Shown here piece after piece: positions 1 to 7,758 of a stretch of DNA of 19,878 nucleotides. The notes under the pieces were generated by a model. That model saw nothing but the letters and a program-made list of their open reading frames with translations. It was not told the DNA's origin and searched no databases. Both the position numbers and the translations under genes were made by a program. The stretch is from Candidatus Cloacimonadota bacterium (GTDB lineage: Bacteria; Cloacimonadota; Cloacimonadia; Cloacimonadales; WRIO01), in NCBI GenBank assembly GCA_029564175.1, contig JAKQQL010000442.1, forward strand, positions 1 to 19,878. The letters are read 5' to 3'. Position 1 is the stretch's first letter; the number at the start of each line of letters is the position of its first letter.

Positions 1-140
1 TTTACAGACTCTCAAAGATTTTAAAAATGGTTTTTATAGGATATGCAAGCAGAAAAAAAAGAAAAGACAGCGTTAAAAAGCCTGATCCAAGGCAAATTAC
101 ACTTGAGACATTCATTTTAGAAAATTTCGGGGTATGCTAA
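1..140 (+). CDS. 3' end of a CDS entering from the left edge; basic C-terminus, possibly a transposase tail
   Basis: Frame 3 is open from nt 3 to TAA at 138-140: YRLSKILKMVFIGYASRKKRKDSVKKPDPRQITLETFILENFGVC*. Too short to assign a family. Confidence 0.45.
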   Translation, partial: YRLSKILKMVFIGYASRKKRKDSVKKPDPRQITLETFILENFGVC

Positions 141-156
141 ACATTTTAAATCCTGC

Positions 157-184
157 TTGACAAGATTGAACTTTTTTCAAAACT
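157..184 (+). promoter_or_regulatory. Putative sigma70-type promoter for the M48/DMT/porV-like/batA operon
   Basis: Perfect TTGACA at 157-162 and a weak -10 (AAAACT, 179-184, 16-nt spacer), in the intergenic region before the first gene. Confidence 0.35.
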
Positions 185-252
185 TGAAAATGAGATAAAA
201 TATCAATTGAGTTTTTAAAATATTAATGACTAACTGAATGAATGGAGTGATC

Positions 253-1539
253 ATGACAGATATAAATTTTACAAAACTAAGATATGATAATGAAACGACA
301 TTAGTAAAAATTCTTGAAGATGATTTTGCTATCAAAAATTACTATGATATATTTGAGAATAAAGATGAGTTGAAACAGATAGTAAACCAACTGCTTTCTG
401 ACTCAGTAAAATTAAACCATATCATTGCCCCAAGACTTTATCAGATATGTGAAAAAGCAAAACAAATTATCAATTACACTGAAGAAATTGATTTTTTTAT
501 TATATCTTCCATTGAAGTCAATGCTTTTTCAATCAATGGCTTTTCCTATGTTCCTCACATGATTTGTTTGACTTCAGCCCTTGTAAAACTGCTGACTGAT
601 GAGGAATTACTCTTTGTCATTGGGCATGAAATTGGACATCTTATTTTTAAACACAGTCAGTTGTATGTTGTCAACAGCCTAATGTCTAACCGTGAAGAAC
701 ATGAAATCCCTGCCCATATCAGCAATATTTTTACCCGATGGAACCAATATGCAGAGATTAGTGCAGATCGTGTTGGATTTGTCGTTCAACCTAATCTAGA
801 AATTATTGGCAACGTCTTTTTTAAATTTGCTTCAGGTCTATCAGAGCAACACCTGAATTTTAACATAAAAGAGTATTTAAAACAATTAGATACCATCAAA
901 GAGTTAAAGGTCGGAGACTTTTATTCAAGCCATCCAGGTCATCTGATTCGTTTAAAAAGTCTTGATTTGTTTTCAAATTCTACACTTTATCCTTTGAATC
1001 AGGCAAGACATGATTTGATCAATCCTAAAAAGTTAAATCTCGAGCTGGATGAATTGATCTCTCTGATTGAATTTCATCCAAAGGATGAAGATGAAATCAA
1101 AGCAGTAGAATTTATCTCCGCTGTCGGTTCATATATATCATATTCAGATGGTGACATGAATTCTCAGGAATGGGAAATGCTTTATGAATATCTGATTCGT
1201 TTTACCTCAAAACCAGAACAGTATCTTGACTTTAAAGATATGAAAGAAATCGAAAAACGAAGTAAAGCAATCTGTAAATATTATGGGAAACAGGTCGATA
1301 ACGAAGATAAATATATTCTTTTCCAGTTGATGATGAAACTTGTTATTGCAGACGGACGCCTGGAAGAAGAAGAAAAGACAAAACTCTTTGAAATTGGAAA
1401 AGAGTTAAAAATCTCTGAAAAAAGAATTAAAGAGATTATTCGTGAAGAAAGTGAAAATTACCTTTCTCCAAGAAAAAAACTGACACAGTCAAAATTATTC
1501 TCAAAAAAAACTAACCAGGATCAATATGAAAAAAAATAG
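253..1539 (+). CDS. M48 (Ste24/HtpX-like) zinc metallopeptidase domain fused to C-terminal TerB-like domain(s)
   Basis: Motifs VNAF, DEELLFVIGHEIGH (HExxH), AEISADR (third Zn ligand) and SSHP are all present. The C-terminal part has two TerB-type motifs (SYSDGDMNSQE, VIADGRLEEEE). The ORF track starts at 238, but ATG 253 follows an SD (GGAG 244-247) and is the more likely start. Confidence 0.85.
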   Translation: MTDINFTKLRYDNETTLVKILEDDFAIKNYYDIFENKDELKQIVNQLLSDSVKLNHIIAPRLYQICEKAKQIINYTEEIDFFIISSIEVNAFSINGFSYVPHMICLTSALVKLLTDEELLFVIGHEIGHLIFKHSQLYVVNSLMSNREEHEIPAHISNIFTRWNQYAEISADRVGFVVQPNLEIIGNVFFKFASGLSEQHLNFNIKEYLKQLDTIKELKVGDFYSSHPGHLIRLKSLDLFSNSTLYPLNQARHDLINPKKLNLELDELISLIEFHPKDEDEIKAVEFISAVGSYISYSDGDMNSQEWEMLYEYLIRFTSKPEQYLDFKDMKEIEKRSKAICKYYGKQVDNEDKYILFQLMMKLVIADGRLEEEEKTKLFEIGKELKISEKRIKEIIREESENYLSPRKKLTQSKLFSKKTNQDQYEKK

Positions 1540-2440
1540 TCTGACGATTGTTTACACTTATGCAATATTAGCCATGTTATTCTGGAGTTTTGCATTTATT
1601 GGGGTAAAAAAACTATACGATTACGGGTTTAAACCGATTACGGTCGTTTTTTTCAGACTGGTTATCGCCAGTGTTATTCTTCACCTGATAGGTTTTTTCT
1701 TTTTTAAACAGGAAAAAGTAAGAAAAGAAGATTATGGGCGCTTTTTTCTTTTAGCTTTCTTCGAACCATTCTGCTATTTTATGGGAGAAAGTTTTGGCAT
1801 GCAGTATGTATCAGCCAGTCTGGCTTCTATCATTGTTGCGCTGATACCACTGGTTACCCCTTTATTTGCCTGGTTTGTCATTAAAGAGAAAGTCAATATA
1901 TTTGAAATCATCGGACTCATTGTATCATTTGCAGGGGTTTTATTGTTAGTAGTTAATGATTTCAGGTTAGAAGGCAGAATAATCGGGTATCTGCTTATGT
2001 TTGTAGCAGTCCTGGGTGGGACTAATTACGGGATTGTTTTAAGAACTATTGCAGATAATTACTCCGCACTGACAATTGTAAAAGTCCAAACCCTGTTAGG
2101 AGCACTTTTATTTTTACCATTCTTTCTGTGGTGGGAGTTGCCATATTTTAAGACTCAGGCTTTTATTCCACAACCTTATGCACTTTTATCTCTTCTGGCC
2201 ATATTTCCCTCTTCTATAGCGTTTATATTACTAACTATCGTGGTGAGAAATATTGGTGTTGTCAGAGCCAATGTTTTTACAAATCTGATACCAATAATGA
2301 CTGGGCTCCTATCCTTCTTTTTAATCAATGAGCAGTTTAATCTCATAAAAATTAGTGCAATGTTTGTAGTCATCATAGGCTTATTTATATCTCAATTACA
2401 TCGTTTTGATTTTTTGATTTTCAAAAAGAGTTCAAATTAA
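1526..2440 (+). CDS. DMT superfamily (EamA) transporter
   Basis: 304 aa, about 10 hydrophobic helices in two EamA repeats (LFWSFAFIGVK, FFRL, ASLASII...P, KEK, LIPIMT...NEQF). Overlaps the upstream CDS by 14 nt. Confidence 0.92.
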   Translation: MKKNSLTIVYTYAILAMLFWSFAFIGVKKLYDYGFKPITVVFFRLVIASVILHLIGFFFFKQEKVRKEDYGRFFLLAFFEPFCYFMGESFGMQYVSASLASIIVALIPLVTPLFAWFVIKEKVNIFEIIGLIVSFAGVLLLVVNDFRLEGRIIGYLLMFVAVLGGTNYGIVLRTIADNYSALTIVKVQTLLGALLFLPFFLWWELPYFKTQAFIPQPYALLSLLAIFPSSIAFILLTIVVRNIGVVRANVFTNLIPIMTGLLSFFLINEQFNLIKISAMFVVIIGLFISQLHRFDFLIFKKSSN

Positions 2441-3489
2441 TGAAAAAAAAAATCTTATTTGCTCTCAATATTCTCATCTTCAATTACTTGTTCTGTTTTC
2501 CTATTAAAGATTTTAACTATCATCTGCCCAATACCAATCTATCCCCTTATAGTGCAGGACTTGGTGGAATATGCCTCACAAATGCAGATAATCATTTTGC
2601 ATTGTATGACAATCCAGCCTTGTTAAGTGATGTCAAAGCAATGACTTTTTCTAGTTCATTTTGTTTACCTGACAAGAACCAGTCATTCACAGATATAATG
2701 AAAACAAATCCACTTATGCAAAAAAGCGTTTTCAGAGGACTCGCCATTCAAGCTCATCATGTTGGATTTATTTACCATGAGCTTGCCAATGATCATTTTA
2801 CAAAGTCTGACAGTCTTAACAAAATCTATCAGGATTATAAACTCAGAAGTATAGGGATCTCTTTTGCTGACACTTCTGGTGGAACAATCAGCTGGGGTTT
2901 GAGTATAAAATATCTGGATGGAAGACTTGTATATCTGAAAGAGAATAAACGGTCTGTTACAGACAGTAGCAGGGTTAAAACAAGTCAAAAACTGGCAAGT
3001 TTCGATACAAACTATATCATAGAAGATTTTATAGACAGTAAATCGATGGGATATGCTTCTGACTTGGGGATTTACGGTAAGAAGTCAGGTTTTTACTATG
3101 GTTTTGTTGTACATGATCTCTATTCTAAACTATACTGGACAAACCATCCTGATAAAAAGCTTCCTACCAGAGGCAGTTTTTCAGCAGAATTAAGAGGTCA
3201 AAATGTATCTTATATATCTTCAGTTACCAGTTTATGGAATATCCATGAAACTCCCTTATATTGCCAGTCTTTAAATTATTCATCCAATCTTGGAAATCCT
3301 AACTATTCACAATCTTTAGCTATTCGTTTTGGAGCAACCAGTCCAAACTATAAAAAATCTGAAAATATACTATTTGGATTTGGAACATCGTACATGATTC
3401 AGACTTTTAAAATTGATTTGTCAATGCAGACACAGGGTCTGAAAACCAATACTGCTCAATATATGTTTTCCCTTTCCTTTGGTGAATGA
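2440..3489 (+). CDS. Outer-membrane beta-barrel, PorV/PorQ/FadL-like family
   Basis: N-terminal signal-like segment. The motif SPYSAGLGG...ADNHFALYDNPALL resembles the GMGG...A.YWNPA.L signature of the PorV/FadL clan. Alternating amphipathic strands (WGLSIKYL, SDLGIY, YGFVVHDL, FGFGTSY) and a terminal strand YMFSLSF. TAATG stop/start overlap with the DMT gene. Confidence 0.65.
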   Translation: MKKKILFALNILIFNYLFCFPIKDFNYHLPNTNLSPYSAGLGGICLTNADNHFALYDNPALLSDVKAMTFSSSFCLPDKNQSFTDIMKTNPLMQKSVFRGLAIQAHHVGFIYHELANDHFTKSDSLNKIYQDYKLRSIGISFADTSGGTISWGLSIKYLDGRLVYLKENKRSVTDSSRVKTSQKLASFDTNYIIEDFIDSKSMGYASDLGIYGKKSGFYYGFVVHDLYSKLYWTNHPDKKLPTRGSFSAELRGQNVSYISSVTSLWNIHETPLYCQSLNYSSNLGNPNYSQSLAIRFGATSPNYKKSENILFGFGTSYMIQTFKIDLSMQTQGLKTNTAQYMFSLSFGE

Positions 3490-5423
3490 TGTTTAATCTC
3501 TCTTTTTTAAATGCAGGAATTCTTATTGCTGGATTAGCAGCAATTATCCCCCTGTTAATTCATCTCTTTGCTAAACAAAAACCCAAAAAAATATACTTCA
3601 GCTCACTGTTGTTTATCAAAAAAAGTTTGAAAGAACGAAATAAAAGTATAAAAATTAAAAATATTCTACTGATCATAATCAGAACACTTATTATTCTTTT
3701 AAGTATTTTAGCGATCGCACGTCCTGCTTTAAAAATACCTATCCTTAAGAATAAACAGGCACATCATGACACGGCTGTTGCAATCATTCTGGACAATTCT
3801 CTTAGCATGGATTATTTGACCGATACAGAAACAGAATTTCAAAAAGCAAAATCAACCATACAAAAAATAAACAATATGCTTATGGATAAAGACATCAGTA
3901 TCTTGCTTACCAGAGATAAATCATGGAATCAGTTGAACAGTCAAATCACTTATGGGAAAATCAGTGAAGAAATCCTACCCTCAATTGACCTGAGCTGGAA
4001 TTGTGAGAAAATGAGCGATGTTATAGAAATAGCCAAACAAAAACTACAGGAAACCCATTATCTAAATAAGGAGATTTATATAGTCAGCGATTATCAAAAT
4101 GAAAATGATCTCCCTTTAGAATCAGACATTCCTATTTTCTATATCCCTGTTTCTGAAATCGAATCCCGCCATAATATTGCCTGTATTCGTTCAGAAGTAC
4201 AAAGTGTTCTAACTGGACATAATCAGAAAAAAACAATATTGTTTGATATACAAAACTTCTCAGATCAGCCTTACAATGATGTCATAATCAAAATGACTCT
4301 AAATTCTGCTGTTGTTGCAGAAAAAATGCTCAGTTTGCAAGCTGGCCAGATAAAAAGTGAGTCATTTATTGTGCCTGCACCTCAACCAGGATGGAATCAT
4401 GGATGGATTGAAGTTAAAAATGAGCGATTTACGCCTGATAACCGCCATTTCTTTTCATTCTTTACCGATACTAAAATCCATGTAGGCATTCTGGCAGATT
4501 CTCCAATCCCAAAATCTTTTTTGAGTATGCTTAAACTGTATGGTGCTACATATGAGATCATTGATTCACAGAATTTCTCAAATTCAAGTATATCGCAGTA
4601 TTCATTTTTTATTGTTTACTACAATCAATTTCCTGCAAGACTCCATTTGATGCTAAACTCTATCAAGAACCAGAATAAAAATGCCCTGATTCTTTTGAAA
4701 AATGGAATGAATTCAGAAGATATCAACTGGTTGGAAAATCTTTCAGGAACCAAAATCAGCAAACATGACAGCAAAGAGCATCGTCTGAGTTATATCAATG
4801 TCCATCATCCGCTTACAAATTTATTTACCGCACAGCATATTCGTAATCAAGAAGTTTTACCTGTCTATCACTTACAGGTAAATTCAGGCATCAATCCATT
4901 GATTCAGGCATCAGACAATCTTATTGCACATGAAAACTACTTCGTTTTCTGGAACATAGACGTTTCTAATGAAAAACAGGATTTTCTTTATGAGTCGTTC
5001 TTCCCTGTTTTTGCATATAGAAGTTTTCAATATGTCAATATGAGTCATCAAAGCAAAAATGATTATTACTGCGGTGATCCAATAGAACTCTTTGATGCGC
5101 AAATCAAAGAAAACTTTAATCCACCATTATCTGTTAAAAACAGCAATTACACATTTACAAAAACCGGAATATATGAAATAACAGAAAAAGAAAATGAACC
5201 GGTGTTAATCCCTGTCAACATAAAAAGTTTTCAGGAAAGCGGATATCAGCGGATAAAACAAAAAAGTAAAGATAATATATACTTTCTGGATAGTCAGTGG
5301 GAAAACCATATTCTTCAAAGCAGATTGGGTTATGAAATATGGAAATACCTCTTTGTTCTAGTTCTGTTTCTAATCCTTGCAGAAATGATTCTCATTAAAA
5401 AACATGAAAACAGGATTTCTTAA
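3486..5423 (+). CDS. BatA-domain / VWA-domain membrane protein
   Basis: N-terminal BatA signature (FLN...AAIIPLLIHL...KKIYFSSLLFI...LAIARP). VWA MIDAS motif IILDNSLSM plus a later IVSD. Ig-like region ending in PDNRHF, and a C-terminal TM (EIWKYLFVLVLFLILAEM). ATGA overlap with the upstream stop. Confidence 0.85.
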   Translation: MMFNLSFLNAGILIAGLAAIIPLLIHLFAKQKPKKIYFSSLLFIKKSLKERNKSIKIKNILLIIIRTLIILLSILAIARPALKIPILKNKQAHHDTAVAIILDNSLSMDYLTDTETEFQKAKSTIQKINNMLMDKDISILLTRDKSWNQLNSQITYGKISEEILPSIDLSWNCEKMSDVIEIAKQKLQETHYLNKEIYIVSDYQNENDLPLESDIPIFYIPVSEIESRHNIACIRSEVQSVLTGHNQKKTILFDIQNFSDQPYNDVIIKMTLNSAVVAEKMLSLQAGQIKSESFIVPAPQPGWNHGWIEVKNERFTPDNRHFFSFFTDTKIHVGILADSPIPKSFLSMLKLYGATYEIIDSQNFSNSSISQYSFFIVYYNQFPARLHLMLNSIKNQNKNALILLKNGMNSEDINWLENLSGTKISKHDSKEHRLSYINVHHPLTNLFTAQHIRNQEVLPVYHLQVNSGINPLIQASDNLIAHENYFVFWNIDVSNEKQDFLYESFFPVFAYRSFQYVNMSHQSKNDYYCGDPIELFDAQIKENFNPPLSVKNSNYTFTKTGIYEITEKENEPVLIPVNIKSFQESGYQRIKQKSKDNIYFLDSQWENHILQSRLGYEIWKYLFVLVLFLILAEMILIKKHENRIS

Positions 5424-5431
5424 AATAAAAC

Positions 5432-5465
5432 TGGACAAACCTGATTTTTTTATGTATGATATAAT
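5432..5465 (+). promoter_or_regulatory. Putative sigma70 promoter for the hybrid kinase
   Basis: TGGACA (5432-5437)-N17-TATGAT (5455-5460). An overlapping extended -10, TGaTATAAT, lies at 5457-5465. SD AAGGAG precedes ATG 5575. Confidence 0.5.
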
Positions 5466-5574
5466 AAGATAAAGTGAATTGTGCTTTTTAAGTAAGCTTT
5501 GATGAAGATTTTTTCATGATAAGCCAAAAAAGTCTGGATAAATCAAAACCTTTATAAAGAATAAAGGAGTTCGA

Positions 5575-7554
5575 ATGGCATTTGAAGACAGTAAACAGAG
5601 CATTCTCATAGTCGAAGACGATGACATCATTGCTGAATTAATTGTTCAAATTATTGAAGAGCTTGGCTATAAAACCGTATTAAAAAAAACTGGGCACGCT
5701 GCAATCAGCTGGCTAAAAGAACATCATACAGACTTAATGATATTGGATTATTCACTGCCTGATATGAATGCCGCTATTTTAACCAGTTTGCTGTCTCATG
5801 AAAAATCAATCCCTCCCTTTGTAGTATCAACAGGGATGGGAGACGAGTTAATTGCTGTTGATATGATGAAAAGAGGTGCTAGAGATTATCTTGTAAAAAG
5901 TTCTCAATTTTTGACAAATCTGCCATTAGTTGTAAACAGAATTATGCGGGAGTTGTCAACAGAGAAAAAGCTTTACAATACTCAGGCTGAGTTATTGGAC
6001 AGTAAAGAAATATTAAGAACAATTATTGACAGTATCCCTGACATCATTTGTTATAAAGATTACAAGTCAGGATGGCAGATCGCCAATCAATTCAGTCTCC
6101 GATTGTTAGGTTTAAGTGAATCAGATTATTTAGGTAAGAGTAATGCTGATATGCAGATCGTTTGCCCAAATCATAAAAAACTTTTTTCTGAACTAGAATC
6201 GGAAGAAATAGAAATATTCAAAAGCCATAAATACATGAGAAATTATGAAATTATTCGGGACACAAAAAATCAGAATTTAACATTTGATTTTATCAAGATA
6301 CCCATGTATAATCATGATAATCAACCAAAAGGTTTACTTGTTGTAGGCCGTGAAATCACAGATATTTTAAACAGTCTTGAAGAGAAAAAAAATATTGAAG
6401 CAAAAGCACTTAAAGCACAGAAACTGGAGAGTCTGGGAATTCTTGCCGGAGGAGTAGCTCATGACTTTAATAATTTACTCACAGTCATTTTAGGTTATAC
6501 AGACCTTGCATTACATATGATTAGCCCAGGTGAACCCGTTTTTAACAACCTTAAAGAGATTGAAAATTCATCAAAAAGAGCTGCAGATTTATGTAAACAA
6601 ATGCTGGCTTACTCAGGTAGAGGAAAGTTTTTTGTTCAGCCAGTTAACCTGAATATCATGCTCAAAGGTCTCAATTCATTAATCAGCAGCACAGTAAACA
6701 AAAAAATTACTTTAAATTATCAGTTATGCAAAGAGTTAAAACTGATTGAAGCTGATACAAATCAGATTCAACAACTCATCATGAATCTATTACTTAATGC
6801 GAATGAGGCCATTGATGAGATTGCTGGGAAGATAAGCATAGAAACAGATAATCTCCTCTGCACAAAAGACTTCCTGAATGGTTTTGAATTTACATCAAAT
6901 CTTACAGATAAGGAATGCATCCTGTTCAAAATAACTGATACTGGATCTGGTATCTCACAAGATATTCTGGACAAAATTTTTGATCCTTTCTTTACTACCA
7001 GAGGTACCGGTAGAGGCTTAGGTTTACCAGCAGTAATGGGTATCGTGAAAAGCCATAATGGAGCTATCAAAATTGAATCTGATACGAATAAAGGGACAAC
7101 TGTCATGATACTTTTTCCAGCTATTATTGAACAGGAGAAACAGGAAACAGAAGATTTAATCACACATTTCCATTTTGATAAAAAAGTATTAATCATCGAT
7201 GACGAAACTTCTATCTTAAACATGACAAAGGAATTACTCGAACATCTAGGATTTAGTGTAATCCCCTGTGAAAATAGTCTTAAAGCCATCAATATTTACA
7301 ACCAGAAATATCAAAATATTCTGTTTACGATCATTGATCTAAGCATGCCAGAACTTGATGGATTAGAACTTTTTTTAAGTTTTAAGAACATAAATCCTGA
7401 TAATAAATCAATAATCACCAGTGGTTACCATGAGACCAAAGCAATGGACAGATTCAAAGATTTTGATGATCATTTTTTCCTGCAAAAACCTTTCAATCTT
7501 TATGAATTAACTGTAAAAATAAACGAGTTTCTAAAACAGTATGATATGATTTAA
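5575..7554 (+). CDS. Soluble hybrid sensor histidine kinase/response regulator (REC-PAS-HisKA-HATPase-REC)
   Basis: REC1 (VEDD, ILDYSLP, DYLVK); PAS/PAC (SIPDIICYKD...VVGREIT); H-box GGVAHDFNNLL; N-box NLLLNANEA; G1 DTGSGI; F-box FDPFFTT; G2 GRGLGL; REC2 (IDDE, IDLSMP, TSGY, QKPF). No TM segment. Confidence 0.95.
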   Translation: MAFEDSKQSILIVEDDDIIAELIVQIIEELGYKTVLKKTGHAAISWLKEHHTDLMILDYSLPDMNAAILTSLLSHEKSIPPFVVSTGMGDELIAVDMMKRGARDYLVKSSQFLTNLPLVVNRIMRELSTEKKLYNTQAELLDSKEILRTIIDSIPDIICYKDYKSGWQIANQFSLRLLGLSESDYLGKSNADMQIVCPNHKKLFSELESEEIEIFKSHKYMRNYEIIRDTKNQNLTFDFIKIPMYNHDNQPKGLLVVGREITDILNSLEEKKNIEAKALKAQKLESLGILAGGVAHDFNNLLTVILGYTDLALHMISPGEPVFNNLKEIENSSKRAADLCKQMLAYSGRGKFFVQPVNLNIMLKGLNSLISSTVNKKITLNYQLCKELKLIEADTNQIQQLIMNLLLNANEAIDEIAGKISIETDNLLCTKDFLNGFEFTSNLTDKECILFKITDTGSGISQDILDKIFDPFFTTRGTGRGLGLPAVMGIVKSHNGAIKIESDTNKGTTVMILFPAIIEQEKQETEDLITHFHFDKKVLIIDDETSILNMTKELLEHLGFSVIPCENSLKAINIYNQKYQNILFTIIDLSMPELDGLELFLSFKNINPDNKSIITSGYHETKAMDRFKDFDDHFFLQKPFNLYELTVKINEFLKQYDMI

Positions 7555-7632
7555 ATACCTGACGATCATAAATGTTAATGATTTGATTTGTCGAATACTC
7601 ATTTTTTATGGATGAGTACTGACCTTTAAGAA

Positions 7633-7662
7633 TTGGAAAGAAAATTGCATATAATATATAAT
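7633..7662 (+). promoter_or_regulatory. Possible promoter for the two secreted-protein genes
   Basis: TTGGAA (7633-7638)-N18-TATAAT (7657-7662) and a second TATAAT at 7650-7655. The AT-rich context makes this weak evidence. Confidence 0.3.
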
Positions 7663-7758
7663 GGGTGAATTGTAGCAATATGATTTTAAAAATCTCCCAA
7701 ACAGATCTTTGAAAGATTATAGAAGTGTATCAACTCAAATTAAAAAAATGGAGGATTA

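Noticed and set aside
2176..5102. Antisense ORFs 2176-2376, 2683-2988 and 4911-5102
   Set aside because: They lie entirely opposite well-supported genes and have no recognisable motifs.
6768..7678. Antisense ORFs 6768-7292 (174 aa) and 7493-7678
   Set aside because: The first is a typical shadow of the conserved HATPase codons. The second overlaps the kinase 3' end and has no clear SD or motif.
7691..7718. Imperfect inverted repeat AATCT..CAAA / TTTG..AGATT upstream of the M14-like gene
   Set aside because: AT-rich with internal mismatches, too weak to call a structure or operator.
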